Below, one piece after another: positions 1 to 13,417 of a stretch of DNA of 64,000 bases. The DNA lies in NCBI GenBank assembly GCA_030390025.1, contig CM059431.1, forward strand, positions 153,886,001 through 153,950,000, written 5' to 3'. The stretch's first letter is position 1. Each line of letters starts with the position of its first letter. A program made the translations under genes and the position numbers. The notes under the pieces were generated by a model. That model did no database searches, was not told the DNA's origin, and saw only the letters and a program-made list of their open reading frames with translations. Source of the stretch: Squalus acanthias (Eukaryota).

Positions 1-1824
1 GAGAAAAAGATTAGTGAAATCAAGTTAGTTCCCTTGCAGTCAGAAGCGGGGTAAGTTATAATGGGGAACAAAGAAATGGCAGACCAATTAAATGCATATT
101 TTGTTTCTGTCTTCACAAAGGAGGACACAAATAACCTCCCAGCGATGTTGGAGAACATAGGTTCTGATGAAAGGGTGTAAGTGAAAGAAATCAGCATTTG
201 CAGGGCAATGGTGTTAGGGAAATTGATGGGATTGAAGGTCGATAAATCCCCAGGGCCTGATAATCTACATCCTAGGGTACGTAAGGAAGTGGCCGTGAAA
301 TAGTAGATGCATTGCTGATCATCTTCCAACATTCGATGGAATCTGGAACTGTACCCATGGATTGGAGGGTAGCTAATGTTACCACACTATTCAAAAAGGG
401 TGGCAGAGAGAAAGCGGGGAATTACAGACTGGTAAGCCTGACATCGGCAGTTGGGAAAATGCTAGAGTCCGTTATAAAGGATGTAATAGCTGAGCACTTG
501 AAAAACAGTGACAGGATCGGACAGAGTCAACATTGATTTACAAATGGTAAATCGTGCTTTACTAATCTACTGGAAATTTTTGAGGATGTAACTGGGAAAA
601 TAGATAAAGGAGAACGAGTAGATGTGGTGTATTTGGACTTACAAAAGGCTTTCGATAAGGTCCCGTTTAAGAGATTAGCGTGTAAATTTAAGGCACATGG
701 GATTGGGGCAAGGTATTGACTTGGATAGAGAACTGGTTGTCGGACAGAAAGCAGTGAGTAGGAATTAATGGTTCTTTTTCCGAGTGGCTGGGAGTGACTC
801 GTGGGGTACCGCAGCGATCGGTCCTTGGAACCCAGCTATTCACAATATACATTAATGATCTAGTTAAGGGAAATACATGTAATATCTCCAAGTTTGCAGA
901 TGGCACAAAGCTGGGTGGGCGTGTGTTCTGCGAGGAGGATACCGAAAAACTCCAGGATGATTTGGACAGGTTGGGTAGGTGGGCAGAAGCGTGGCAGATG
1001 CAATATAACGTGGATAAATGTGAGGTTATCCACTTTGGCGTCAAAAACAGAAAGGCAGACGATTATCTGAATGGCAATAGTTTGGGAGAAGGGGAAGTGC
1101 AACGAGACCTGTTTGCCCTTGTGCACAGTCGCTGAAGGTAAGCATGCAGGTGCAGCAGGTGGTGAAGAAGGCAAATGGTATGTTGGCCTTCATAGAGAAA
1201 GTGTTTGAGTGTAGAGATAGGGATGTCCTGCTGCAGTTGTACAGGGCCTTGGTGAGACAACACCTTGAGTACTGTGTGCAGTTTTGGTCGCCTTATCTGA
1301 GGAAGGATGTTCTTGCCAGGGAAGGAGTTCAGCGATGATTCACAAGGCTGATAGCTGGGATGGCTGGAATGACATATGAGGAGAGATTGGGACGATTGGG
1401 TTTATACTCGCTGGAGTGTAGAAGAATGAGAGGGGATCTCATCGAAACACATACAATTCTGACAGGTCTGGACAAACTAGATGCAGGAAGAATGTTCCCG
1501 ATGGTAGGAGAGTCCAGAAACAGGGGTCATAATCTAAGGGTAAGGGGTAAGCCATTTCGGACATAAATGAGGAAAAATTTCTTCACCGAGAGAGTGGTGA
1601 ACGTGTGGAATTCTCTACCACAGAAGTTAATTGAGGCCAATTCATTAAATATATTTAAGAATGAGTTAGATATATTTCTTAAAGCTAAAGGTATCAAGGG
1701 ATATGGGGAGAAGGCAGGTACAGGGTACTGAGTTTGGATGATCAGCCATTATCTCATCGAATGGCGGAGCAGGCTCGAGGGGCCGAATGGCCTACTCCTA
1801 CTCCTATCTTCGATGTTTCTATGT
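1..1824 (+). mobile_element. CR1 LINE, degraded ORF2 (RT region) plus 3' UTR; cut by the window start
   Basis: ORF fragments 312-536, 794-1135, 1144-1338, 1360-1566 give CR1 RT motifs ([35 protein letters not shown] for KFADD, HLEYCVQFWSP); several stops; CR1 3' motif GGCCGAATGGCCTACTCC and short tail. Confidence 0.95.
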
Positions 1825-2333
1825 TAGCAGCATTTTCCCAACAACAGATGTTAGGCTAACTTGTTTATAGTTTCCTTCTTTCTGCCTCCCTCTTTTCTTT
1901 AATAGGGGTGTTACATTAGCGGTTTTCCAAACGGCTTGGACCTCTCCAGAATCCAGGGAATTTTGGTATATTGCAACCAATGCATCCACTATCTCTGCAG
2001 CCACTTATTTTAAGACCCTGGGATGCAGGCCATCTGATCGAGGGAAATTAACGTCGTTTAGTCCCATTATTTTACCCAGCAATATTTCCCTAGTGATAGT
2101 GATTGTCTTTAGTTCCCCACTCCCTGGTCACTTGATTTTCCATTATTGGGATGTTGTTAGTGTCTTCTACAGTGAAGACAGATGTAAAATATTTGTTCAG
2201 AGTCTCTGCCATTTTCACGTTCCCCATTATTAATTCCCCAGTCTCAGCCGCTAATGAACAACTTTTACTTTAGCTACCCTCTTCCTTTTGATATACCTGT
2301 TGAAGCTCTTACTATCTGTTATAATGTTTCTTG
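1825..2333 (-). mobile_element. CR1 LINE internal fragment
   Basis: ORF 1819-2004 (EIVDALVAIYQNSLDSGEVQAVWKTANVTPLLKK) is the CR1 pre-RT region. Confidence 0.88.
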
Positions 2334-2335
2334 CC

Positions 2336-5300
2336 AGCATTCGTAACAAAATAGACGAGTTAATGGCACAAATAACTACATATGGTTATGATATTGTGGC
2401 CATTACAGAAACATGACTGCAGGGTGACAATGCCTGGGAATTAAACATACCAGGTTATTTAACGATCAGGAAGGACAGGCAGGAAGGAAGGGGAGGTGGG
2501 GTGGCAATGTTAATAAAGGAAGGGATCACTGTAATACATAGTAATGATATTGGGTCAAAAAATCATGATAATGAAACAGTTTGGGTGGAGATAAGGAATA
2601 ATAAGGGGAAAAAAACACTAGTGGGCGTAGTCCATAGGCCTCCAAACAGTTGCAACTCTGTTGGACGGAGTATCAATCAGGAAATAGTTGAGGCATGTAA
2701 TAAGGGAACATCTATAATTATGGGGTATTTTAACTATCATATTAATTGGACAAATCAAATGGGGCAGGGCTGCCTTGAGGATGAGTTCATTGAGTGTATT
2801 AGGGATGGGTTTCTTGAGCAGTATGTAACTGAACCGACCAGGGGGCAAGCAACCTTAGATCTGGTCCTGTGTAACGAGACAGGATTAATTAAAAATGTCT
2901 TGGTAAAGGATCCCCTTGGAATGAGTGACCATAACATGGTTGAATTCCATATTCAATTAGAGGGTGAGAAGGTTGGATCTCAAGCAAGCGTGCTAAGCTT
3001 GAATAAAGGAGACTATGAAGGTATGCGAGCGGAATTGAGTAGAGTGGATTGGGAAAATAGATTAAAGGGTAACACGACACATGATCAGTGGTGTACATTC
3101 AAGGAGTTATTTTACAACTTCCAAAAAAAAAATATTCCACTGAAAAGAAAAGGGTGTAAAAGAAAGGACAGTCATCCGTGGCTAAGTAAAGAAATTAAGG
3201 ATAGTATTCGACTAAAAGCAAGGGCATATAAGGTAGCGAAATCTAGTGGGAGGACAGAGGATTGGGAAAACTTTAAAAGGCAGCAACAAATAACAAAAAG
3301 ATTGATTAAGAAAGGGAAGATAGATTGTGAAAGTAAATTAGCAAAAAATATAAAAACAGATAGTAAGAGTTTTTATAGTTATATAAAAGGAAAAAGGGTG
3401 GTTAAAGTAAATGTTGGTCCCTTTAAGGATGAGACCGGGAAATTAATGGTGGGAAATATGGAGATGGCAAAAACACTGAATGAATATTTAGTATCAGTCT
3501 TTACAGTAGAGGACACTAAGAATATCCCAACACTGGACAAACAGGGGGCTATAGGGGGAGAGGAGCTAAACACGATCAAAATCACTAAGGAAGTGGTACT
3601 CGGTAAAATAATGGGACTCAAGGCGGATAAATCACCTGGACCTGATGGCTTACATCCTAGAGTCTTGAAGGAAGTGGCGGTAGGGATTGTAGATGCATTG
3701 GTAATAATTTTTCAAAACTCCCTGGATTCCGCTAAGGTCCCGGCAGACTGGAAAACTGCTAATGTAACACCCTTATTTAAAAAGGGCAGTAGACAGAAGG
3801 CTGGTAACTATAGACCGGTTAGCCTAACATCTGTGGTAGGTAAAATTTTGGAGTCCATTATTAAGGAAACAGTAACAGGACATTTGGATAATCATAATTT
3901 AATACGACAAAGTCAGCATGGTTTTACGAAGGGGAATCATGTTTGACAAATTTGCTGGAGTATTTGAGGAAGTAACATATAGAGTGGATAAAGGGGAACC
4001 AGTAGACGTGGTGTATTTAAACTTCCAAAAGGCATTTGACAAGGTGCCACACAAAAGATTATTGCTTAAGGTAAAAAATCACGGGATTGGGGGTAATATT
4101 CTGGCATGGATAGAGGATTGGCTATCTAACAGAAAGCAAAGAGTTGGGATAAATGATTCATTCTCAGACTGGCAATCAGTAACTAGTGGTGTTCCACAGG
4201 GGTCAGTGCTGGGTCCCCAACTCTTTACAATCTATATTAACGATTTGGAGGAAGGGACCAAGTGTAACATACCAAAATTTGCAGATGATACTAAGATGGG
4301 AGGGAAAGTAGTGAGTGAGGAGGACATAAAAAACCTGCAAGGGGACATAGACAGGCTAAGTAAGTGGGCAGAGATTTGGCAGATGGAATACAACACTGGA
4401 AAGTGTGAGGTGATGCACTTTGGCAGGAAAAATCCTAGAGCAATTTATTATCTTAATGGCAAGAAACTGGAGGGTACTGAAGTGCAAAGGGATCTGGGGG
4501 TCCTGGTGCACGAAACTCAAAAGTTTAGTATGCAGGTGCAGCAAGTGATTAAGAAGGCAAATGGAATGTTTGCTTTCATTGCTAGGGGGAAAGAATATAA
4601 AAATAGGGAGGTATGGCTTCAGTTGTACAAGGTATTGTTGAGACCGCACCTGGAATACTGCATACAGTTTTGGTGTCCTTACTTAAGGAAAGACATCCTT
4701 GCTCTCGAGGCAGTGCAAAAAAGGTTCACTCGGTTAATCCCGGAGATGAGGGGGTGGTCATATGAGGAGAGGTTGGGTAGATTGGGACTCTACTCATTGG
4801 AGTTCAGAAGAATGAGAGGCGATCTTATTGAAACATATAAGATTGTGAAGGGGTTGGATCGGGTGGATGCGGGGAGGATGTTCCCGATGACGGGTGAGAC
4901 TAGAACTGGGGGACATAGTCTTAGAATAAGGGGCTGCTCTTTCAAAACTGAGATGAGGAGGAACTACTTCACTCAGAGGGTGGTAGGTCCATGGAATATG
5001 CTGCCACAAAAAGCTGTAGAAGCTACATCATTAAATAAATTTAAAACAGAAATAGACAGTTTCCTCGAAGTAAAGGGCATTAAGGGTTACGGGGAGCGGG
5101 CAGGAATTTGGACATGAGTCTAGGTTCGGATCGGTCATGGCCCTGTGGGTAGTGGAGCGGGCCCAGGGACCGTGTAGCCTGATTCTGCTCCTATTTCGTG
5201 TGTGCAATTCTGTTAGATGCAGGAGATGGTTCTGTGATAGTAGATAGTAGATTGGCGGTTAGGATCAGATCAGCCATGATCTTACTGAATGGCGGAGCAG

Positions 5301-5357
5301 GCTCGAGGGGCCGATTGGCCTACTCCTGCTCCTATTTCTTATGTTCTTATGTTCTTA
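2336..5357 (+). mobile_element. CR1 LINE, nearly complete ORF2 (APE endonuclease + RT), young, with doubled 3' UTR
   Basis: ORFs 2501-3946 (481 aa; EPTRGQATLDLVL, SDHNMV) and 3918-5117 (399 aa; [14 protein letters not shown]) joined by a frameshift near 3935; in-frame TGA near 2415; (TTCTTATG)n tail near 5335-5357. Confidence 0.97.
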
Positions 5358-7394
5358 CTCTCATAATTCATCTTCTCTCTCTTTATTATTTTTTTCGTCA
5401 TCCTTTGCTGGTTTTTGAATATTTCCGAAACCTCTGTCAGCACTAGCTTGAAATATTAAATCGGGACCAAGAGGAAAATGCTCCTACAAAAATTCTGCTT
5501 TGCACGGGCCCTGGTATTAGCCCTCTATACACAGTGAAAGAAAATCTGCCTCTACTTCTCTAAGAAAAAGTAGCAGGTGGATTTGACAGCAGCGCATGGA
5601 CATCCGGTGAGATTACTCTTTTTGATGAAATTATATATCCGCCAGCATTTAAATTTAACCCAGTCATCCTCAAATTGTGTTTCGAATCTCTTCTCTTTCT
5701 GTTGTGCATTCCTACTTATCTGAGACTGTTAACTCATATCTACGCCGGTGAGGTAAATTATATTCTAAATGGTACAGAAAGTTTCAGAGTTTACGTCGTG
5801 TCCCCATGAAAAATTTTAGATTTAATCTTGGTTCAACCACAGCTGTCCGTTTGCTTCCTTTTATAAACTTTCTATTACGCCTGAAGTTCTGTTTAACTCA
5901 ATCCCTCTAACAGCGGTCCTTAAAGTGACCGCTGCAGACCGCCACAAAAATGTGAGTTTAAAAAAAATAACTGAGCTTGGAGCCAATAATGTCAGGAGTA
6001 TTCCTCCAGGCTGCACATTTAAGGCTCGTGCCATTGCCGGACAGTACTTGCGATTACCTCGCTCCCTCGCCCGGTCGTGTCATCCCTCCTTCTAACAATC
6101 GTCGACGCCCTCTCCCTTCTAACGGCCCTTTCCGTCCTTCTATCGGTCACTCACCCTCCTCCCTCTTTAATAATCCATCCTTCCCGATCACTTCCCGCTC
6201 TCCCAGTCGGCCTAAACGTGACCGACGAAATTCAAATCATCATCGCCGCCAAGGTGCCTGGGAAAGCACTTGGCCGGTATAATATAAACGAGACACGAGG
6301 CCCAAATAACGCATGTACCTCAGGCCTACAGTTTACGGCACGGGGATAGATGCCGCCGGAATTGTTTTCGTGTAATGTTGCAAAATTGCTGAAAGCCAAT
6401 CGGCAGTACTAGCGAATGAAGTCAATGTAAAATAAAATAAGGAGAGATGTTGAAGACGCTGCCCATTCGCTTTAGAACTTTTAAATTATCACGCAGTCAC
6501 AATTACAGCTCCCCCCCTGCCCAGTTAAAGCCATTTGACGCGAACCAATTTCCTGAGCATTGTCGATAAATTGAGTGATTATGATACAAACACTCACGCT
6601 GCAGTGACGTAATGATGATGCATTATCTGCATGTATTAACCATTTATTCTATTACACCAGAGTACAAATTAGAAGATCCATAAAAGCATTAGCAGATAGG
6701 TAGTTGTAAATGTAAACATAATGATAAATAATAGATAGATTTATAGTTAGAAAGACAGAGAGTTAATATATTCAGAATGATTATGAATTATTTGATTTTA
6801 CCTCTTGGTTTTAGGAATTATTTTAATGCAGTGGAAGAGATTTCTAACTACATCTACCAAATAATCGTCAGCTGTTGTAAATATTGCTGCCAATCAGAAC
6901 TCTGACGTTGTATTTGCATCCTCGCCTCTAGTGGTTAACTGTTGCATTGCATTTCAACGGACACTCCAAACTTCAATCCTATTCAGTTTCGCCCGCCATT
7001 TTCCAATTTTCTTTCCGGTTCCATCTGTCTTGGCTCCGGAATTTGCGACTCTTCATCTATTTAAACTGATATTTAGTCTGAAGCATTGGAAGCAAAATTT
7101 ACCTATGCTCCCAGCTTTCCTGTGTCTCCGGGACAAACATTTATAGATTATACATCAACTGTTCAGCGATTCCTGCTACCACTTCTCAGAGCTGTCTCAT
7201 CAGATGTGTAGGACTTTTAATTTAATAACTCTCTCATCCCGATTATACAATTGTTTGTGAACTTAAAGAGGAAAACAGCTTTTTGGAACATTTCGACACC
7301 AATTTTAAATAAGTCATCCTTTCAAACACCTTATTGCTTTTGTTGTTTTCGCTTTTGCTATTATAATAGGCATCACGATTTTTCGCTACCATAT

Positions 7395-9627
7395 ATGCAA
7401 TGGAGAAGGATAGGGCCATACGGCAGGGCAGGGTTTATAATTGGGGGAGGGATAATTATGATGCGATTAGGCAAGAATTAGGGAGTATAAGATGGGAACA
7501 GAAACTATCAGGGAAAGGCACAAACGAAAAGTGGCGCTTTTTCATGGAGCAATTACTGCGTGTCCTTGATAGGTATGTCCCTGTCAGGCAGGGAGGAAAT
7601 GGCCGAGTGAGAGAACCATGGTTCACAAAAGAGGTTGAATGTCTAGTCAAGAGGAAAAAGGAAGCGTATGTAAGGATGAGAAAACAAGGTTCAGTTGGGT
7701 CGATTGAGGGGTACAAGGTAGCAAGGAATGAGCTAAAAAAAAGAGCTAAGGAGAGCTAGGAGTGGGCATGAGAAGTACTTGGCGGGTCGGATCAAGAAAA
7801 ACCCCAAGGCTTTTTACTCTTATGTGAGAAATAAAAGAATGACCAGGGTGAGGGTAGGGCCGGTCAAGGACAGTAGTGGGAACTTGTGCATGAAGTCAGA
7901 AGAGATAGGAGAGGTGATGAATGAATACTTTTCGTCAGTGATCACCGAGGAGATGGGCCATGTTCTTGAGGATGAGCGTGTGATAAAGGTGGATAGGCTG
8001 GATGTGGTAGATGTTCTGAGGGAAGATGTTTTAGCAATTTTGAAGAACCTGAGGGTCGATAAGTCCCCTGGGCCAGATGGGATATATCCTAGGATTCTTT
8101 GGGAGGCAAGGGAGGAGATTGCAGAGCCTCTGGCTTTGATCTTTGGGTCCTCACTGTCCACGGGGATGGTGCCAGAGGACTGGAGAGTGGCGAATGTTGT
8201 TCCTCTCTTCAAGAAAGGAAATAGGAATGACCCTGGTAATTATAGACCGGTTAGTCTTACTTCGGTGGTTGGTAAGATAATGGAAAAGGTCCTGAGGGAT
8301 AGGATTTATGACCATTTGGAAAGGGGCAACTTAATCAAGGATAGTCAACACGGATTCGTGAAGGGTAAGTCTAGCCTAACAAATTTGATTGAATTCTTTG
8401 AGGAGGTAACTAAGTGTGTAGATGAAGGTAGAGCAGTTGATGTCGTATACATGGATTTTAGTAAGGCGTTTGATAAGGTTCCCCATGGTCGTCTCATGAA
8501 GAAAGTAAGGAGTTGTGGGATAGAGGGAAATTTGGCCGATTGGATAAGTAACTGGCTATCTCATAGAAGGCAGAGGGTGGTGGTGGATGGAACATTTTCG
8601 GACTGGAGACCAGTTACCAGCGGTGTGCCACAGGGGTCGGTGCAGGGTCCTCTGCTGTTTGTGATTTTTATCAATGACTTGGAGGAGGGGACTAAAGGGT
8701 GGATCAGTAAATTTGCTGATGACACCAAGATTGGTGGAGTAGTGGATGAGGTGGAGGGCAGTTGTAGGCTGCAAAGAGACATTGATAGGTTGCAGAGCTG
8801 GGCCGAAAAATGGCAGATGGAATTTAACCCTGATAAGTGCGAGGTGATTCATTTTGGTAGGGCAAATTTGAATAAGGATTACAGGGTCAACGGCAGGGTT
8901 CTGAGGAACGTGGAGGAGCAGAGGGATATGGGGGTTCATATCCACAGATCTCTGAAGGTTGCCACTCAAGTGGATAGAGCAGTAAAGAAGGCCTATGGTG
9001 TGTTGGCGTTTATTAACAGAGGGTTTGAGTTTAAGAACCGTGAGGTTATGCTGCAACTGTACAGGACCTTGGTGAGACCACATTTGGAATATCGTGTGCA
9101 GTTCTGGTCACCTCACTATAGGAAGGACGTGGAAGCATTGGAAAGAGTGCAAAGGAGATTTACCAGGATGCTGCCTGGTTTGGGGGGGACGTCTTATGAG
9201 GAAAGATTGAGGGAGTTGGGGCTTTTCTCTTTAGAGCGGAGGAGGATGAAAGGCGACTTAATAGAGGTTTATAAGATGATGAGGGGGATAGATAGAGTGG
9301 ATGTTCAGGAGACTATTTCCTCGGGTAGAGGCAGCTCTTACAAGGGGGCATAACTATAAGGTGCATGGGGGGAGATATAGAAGGGATGTCCGAGGTAGAT
9401 TCTTTACTCAGAGAGTGGTTGGGGTGTGGAATGGACTGCCTGCTGTGATAGTGGAGTCGGACACTTTAGGAACTTTCAAGCGGTTATTGGATAAGCACAT
9501 GGAGCACACCAGAGTGATAGGGAGTGTGATAGCTTGATTTTGGTCTCGGACAATGCTCGGCACAACATCGAGGGCCGAAGGGCCTGTACTGTGCTGTACT
9601 CTTCTATGTATCTATGTATCTATGTAT
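7395..9627 (+). mobile_element. CR1 LINE (HER1-like subfamily), 5'-truncated ORF2
   Basis: ORFs 7400-7759, 7779-9353 (524 aa RT with FADD) and 9301-9537, separated by frameshifts; 3' end GGCCGAAGGGCCTGTACTGTGCTGTAC plus (TCTATGTA)3 tail. Confidence 0.96.
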
Positions 9628-10052
9628 AGTACCAATATTCCCAATTTCAACCTGCATGTTTAGAACTTTATCTCGATTTCTCGGCAAATTACCCCCTATT
9701 CTACTTTAGGGTTAACATTACTGCATATGCCGATAATCCTGATAATTTCGGATCACTTTGCTCATCACGTTCAAAAAATCATAGCAAGATACAGCGCATA
9801 AGGAGGCCATTCGTCCCGTCTGGCTGTATGAAAGAGTTATCCAATTTGTACCATTCCAGCTGTCATGCCAGTTTGTTAATTTTCTACCTGATGTAATGGC
9901 CAACAAACATCTGTAAAGTATATTGGGAAACAAAAAACCGTGAACTTCTCCCGATAATTTAAGCTACTCGTACGTAAACTTTGCTGGGAACCGCGTGGAA
10001 ATGTGTCTAATCGCAATACAACTGGGTGATTTAATGAAGATTTTGTTTTCAG

Positions 10053-10224
10053 CAAATTAGACAACTTGCGGGAAAGAATCGCAGAGTTGATGCTGCTAAA
10101 CTCCTTCTCGATATGGTGTTAGAAAAAGGAGAGAGGGCAAAAAGTAAAATGGGTGACGAGTTTCAGAAACGGCAAAACATCAATCCAAAGCTGAAAGCAC
10201 TATTGGAAGCAATACAGAGATCAG
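10053..10224 (+). CDS. Isolated coding exon, CARD/death-fold-like, of an elasmobranch NLR-type gene
   Basis: Acceptor ttttgttttcag| and donor |gtacag; 172 nt, open in phase 0 to phase 1: QIRQLAGKNRRVDAAKLLLDMVLEKGERAKSKMGDEFQKRQNINPKLKALLEAIQRS(G). LLDMVLEKGERA resembles the CARD helix motif LLDxLxxKGxxA and, from memory, the N-terminal exon of shark NACHT-LRR proteins. Confidence 0.75.
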
Positions 10225-11044
10225 GTACAGCAAAATAGTTCACTGACATTAGATATGACTTTAAAAGCAATCCTTAGATATCATATACATAGCAGACTGT
10301 AAAAGCTAAATGCGAGGGGCAGATTTTCATAGGGGTAATCTCGTTAATTCGATATTTTATGATCACGACAGTTATTCATTTTGTTCTTGAAATGTGCAAT
10401 TACTTTTCATAATATCTTCAAAAGAAGGTTATTTCAGATGGAATGAAGGCACCAATTAGATATTTGATCCAACACTAGTTTAAGAGAAAATATCGTTTTT
10501 TTTAATAAATTGCAGAGCTCATGTTTTTGACCCTAATCAGTGCACTAGTATCAAATTTGCACTCGGCACATATCAGATCACACTATTTGTTAATAATATA
10601 CAGAAAACATTTTATATTATGTTTTAAAGTTTCCAAATATAACAAATCTCCAGTGTAGGAGAATTGCTTTTATACAAAAGCGTCTGTATCAATGACGAAG
10701 ATACTCAAATGACGTAAAGGCTGTGCTTAATCTACATTGCTGTAAGGTCGTTTTCAATTGCAGAGTGCAAAGCCTAGGTTAGAGTAATACATCCTGTTAC
10801 CATTGCCACTCTGCTCCCTAACAGTTGATCAGTTTGAGGCATTCCTCTTTACATACAGTGCTATATTTCTTAAAGTTATTTGTTACTTTTCAAAAGAATT
10901 GACTGCATCTTCCGCAAACCAAAGCCAAAAAATTGCGAATCTCAATTTAGAAATTGACGAGATCCCACAAAACCCGTTTTCACGATGGACTGGAATTGCA
11001 CATCCATTCTGTAGTCCATTGTTTGCAATGCGTTCTAAATACAG

Positions 11045-11225
11045 ATATTAGGAAATGCAGAAGAGGCTTTGGCTCTTTCCTATAGAAAAAAAGGCCCAAG
11101 GATGACATAATACAGGTTTTTATAGTCATGAGCCATTTCGGTAGGGCAGACGTAGAGAAGATGTTTCCAATTCTTGGGAGTCCAAATCCAGGGGCCACAA
11201 ATTTAAGATAGTCACGAATAAATCC
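11045..11225 (+). mobile_element. Old CR1 3' fragment
   Basis: Degenerate CR1 C-terminal sequence (GTAGAGAAGATGTTTCCA..GGGGCCACAAATTTAAGATAGTCAC). Confidence 0.65.
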
Positions 11226-12004
11226 GGGTATTTATATTTTCTAGGTTTATAACCTCTCTAAGTGTCTCTAGTTAATCAATTATCTCCGTCCTATCTATGT
11301 TAAATGTTCTCATTGAATTTTCAATCTCTACTTGAATCGTCATGTCCACATCGTCAGTCTCTTTGGTAAAAAACTGAGGCAGAGTATTGGCTAGAATGTT
11401 CTTGTTTTAAAACGGAATATAGGTCTCTTGAACTCTTTGGAACACGTGTTTTAATATTTCACACTGAAGTTCTATCTCTGTGAAGTTTTTTTACAGCTTG
11501 CGTTCACTAGTTTTATCCTCATCCTCTCAGGATTAGCTTTCTTCCAATTAATTACTTCGGTTGTTCTCTTGCTTTTGATTCTCTCAGTCATTATCTTAAA
11601 ACGTATTACGTTGTGATCTATGTTGTTTGGATGCTCTCCTATATTTACTTCTCTTATCTTCCCATTACTAGATTCAACAGTATTCCTCCTTCGTTGGGGT
11701 TCTTATGTAAACGATACGAAAGAAGTCCTGTACACTGTAAAATCTCTATCTCCATTTTTCATTTCACGACCTCACTTTTGCAGTTTATGGGGAGAGGGAG
11801 GCTGTTCGTTCAAATCTCCCGTGATTATTATTTTATACATATTGCTCATTTCATAGATCTGACTGAATATTTCTCCCTCCACTACCCATACACTGTTCGG
11901 TGCTCTGCAGAATATCCGGTTAGCATAATTTATCGCATATTATATGTATTATAATTATTACTACTTGCAGTAATATAAATCAATAATGCTACCTTTTCAA
12001 AAGG

Positions 12005-13320
12005 AAAGTGTCGAATTTCGCTGCAGATACTGACCGAGATTTTGCGGGGGGTTAGCGGGCGGAATCGTGGCAAGTCGGGTAGGAAAATGTTTTTTTGAAA
12101 ACGGATCGCGAATCCGCTGTCAACCTGCCACAACACGCCTTTACCACATTCGGGTCTGTCATATGAGCAGTCCCGAGACTCGGGGGACACAATTGAAATA
12201 ATTAACATCTAGTTAACAGATGGTTAACAGGATTTCCTTTTACTTACTTTTTGACCTTAACTGCATGACGACGGGAAACACGCTATTCGGGGACCACGTC
12301 TGTCAACCTGAGGCGTGAGTTCAGTCGCCATTGCTCCAGCTGATTATTTGCTAGCTTCAAATGTACAGTAAAGGATCCTACCTGTCAGATCATCACTTTC
12401 CTCAGGCAGAAGCTGTTTCTCAGTCTATTTCCAGCGCAGATTCAGCATGTTGCAGTCTTTTCAGTCTCCATCCAATCTCATCTCATTTGGCACAACTCTG
12501 TCATCATTGACAGAATGCTTCTGTCATTTCTACTTCACCTGCCAGCTATACCTTCAACATGGTTGCCCTTTATACTGTCTCAACTTGGTCCTCAGAAACC
12601 TACGACGATCAGTCCCAACACCAGGAGCACCAGGCACACCAGCAGCACCAACTCCAACACCAAAACTATCCTTTAGCACCTGATGCTGCACAGGACCGAG
12701 TGCATCAGAACTCGAGTACAGTGCTGCCTTTGGAGGCCAGGGATGGCCTCAGCATGGCCACAATTACTTCACTTGAGCCTGTGCACCCTCGCTGCCACTT
12801 GATACACTAGGTTGGCACCAACCCCACACTTACACAATAAATCATCCCTACAATGTCAAAGCCATTATTTCCACACTCACTAGCATTGCGGGGGTACCGT
12901 AATGTCTCACCATTCACTGCAACTGAATAAGCCACTTCCAGTTTTGCACAAATAAAGATCTCAATATTTGACTGCACATTAACAGAAACTTTACATGATC
13001 AATGGATAAAATACCCAAGTGGCTACCCTTGTCTGCTGTTATTTGGTATGATTTCATTTGGGAGAGCATGAATGTGAGGGGTGACTAGTAAATGGGGATG
13101 TGATAACGTAAATTGAGAGAGAGAGGGTTAGGTGGATGTGCAAGTTATGTTGGTTCGAGTAACATTGTGCAGGAGTAGGGTTGGGCAGACAAAATTATGG
13201 GAATGTGATCAGAGGCACAGCAGGGTGAAGGCGAGTGTGGCTTTGTTCTAACGTTTGTTTATCTAATGGGGTCGTTGAACCGTTTTTGGCACTGCACCCA
13301 TGACCTCCTGACGATATCTA
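12005..13320 (-). mobile_element. Degraded PIF/Harbinger element with Myb/SANT-like gene remnant
   Basis: Minus strand 13320-13264 translates to ..IVRRSWVQCQKRFNDPIR, matching the RTxxQCxKRFxDL signature of Harbinger Myb/SANT-like proteins; GC-rich terminus-like sequence near 12010-12200. Extent is approximate. Confidence 0.55.
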
Positions 13321-13417
13321 GCCTATCCAACCCCATCATAATCATGTACACCCCTTCAAATCACCCCTCAACCTCCTTTGCTCTAATGAAAACAAATCCA
13401 GCTTCTCCAAAAAGTCA

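Noticed and set aside
2336..5357. Retrotransposition-competent full-length CR1
   Set aside because: Lacks ORF1 and 5' UTR, and has a stop near 2415 and a frameshift near 3935; no copy in the window is complete.
5880..6365. GC-rich island resembling another MITE or a promoter
   Set aside because: I could not identify TIRs, a TSD or the hairpin core, so it is left unassigned.
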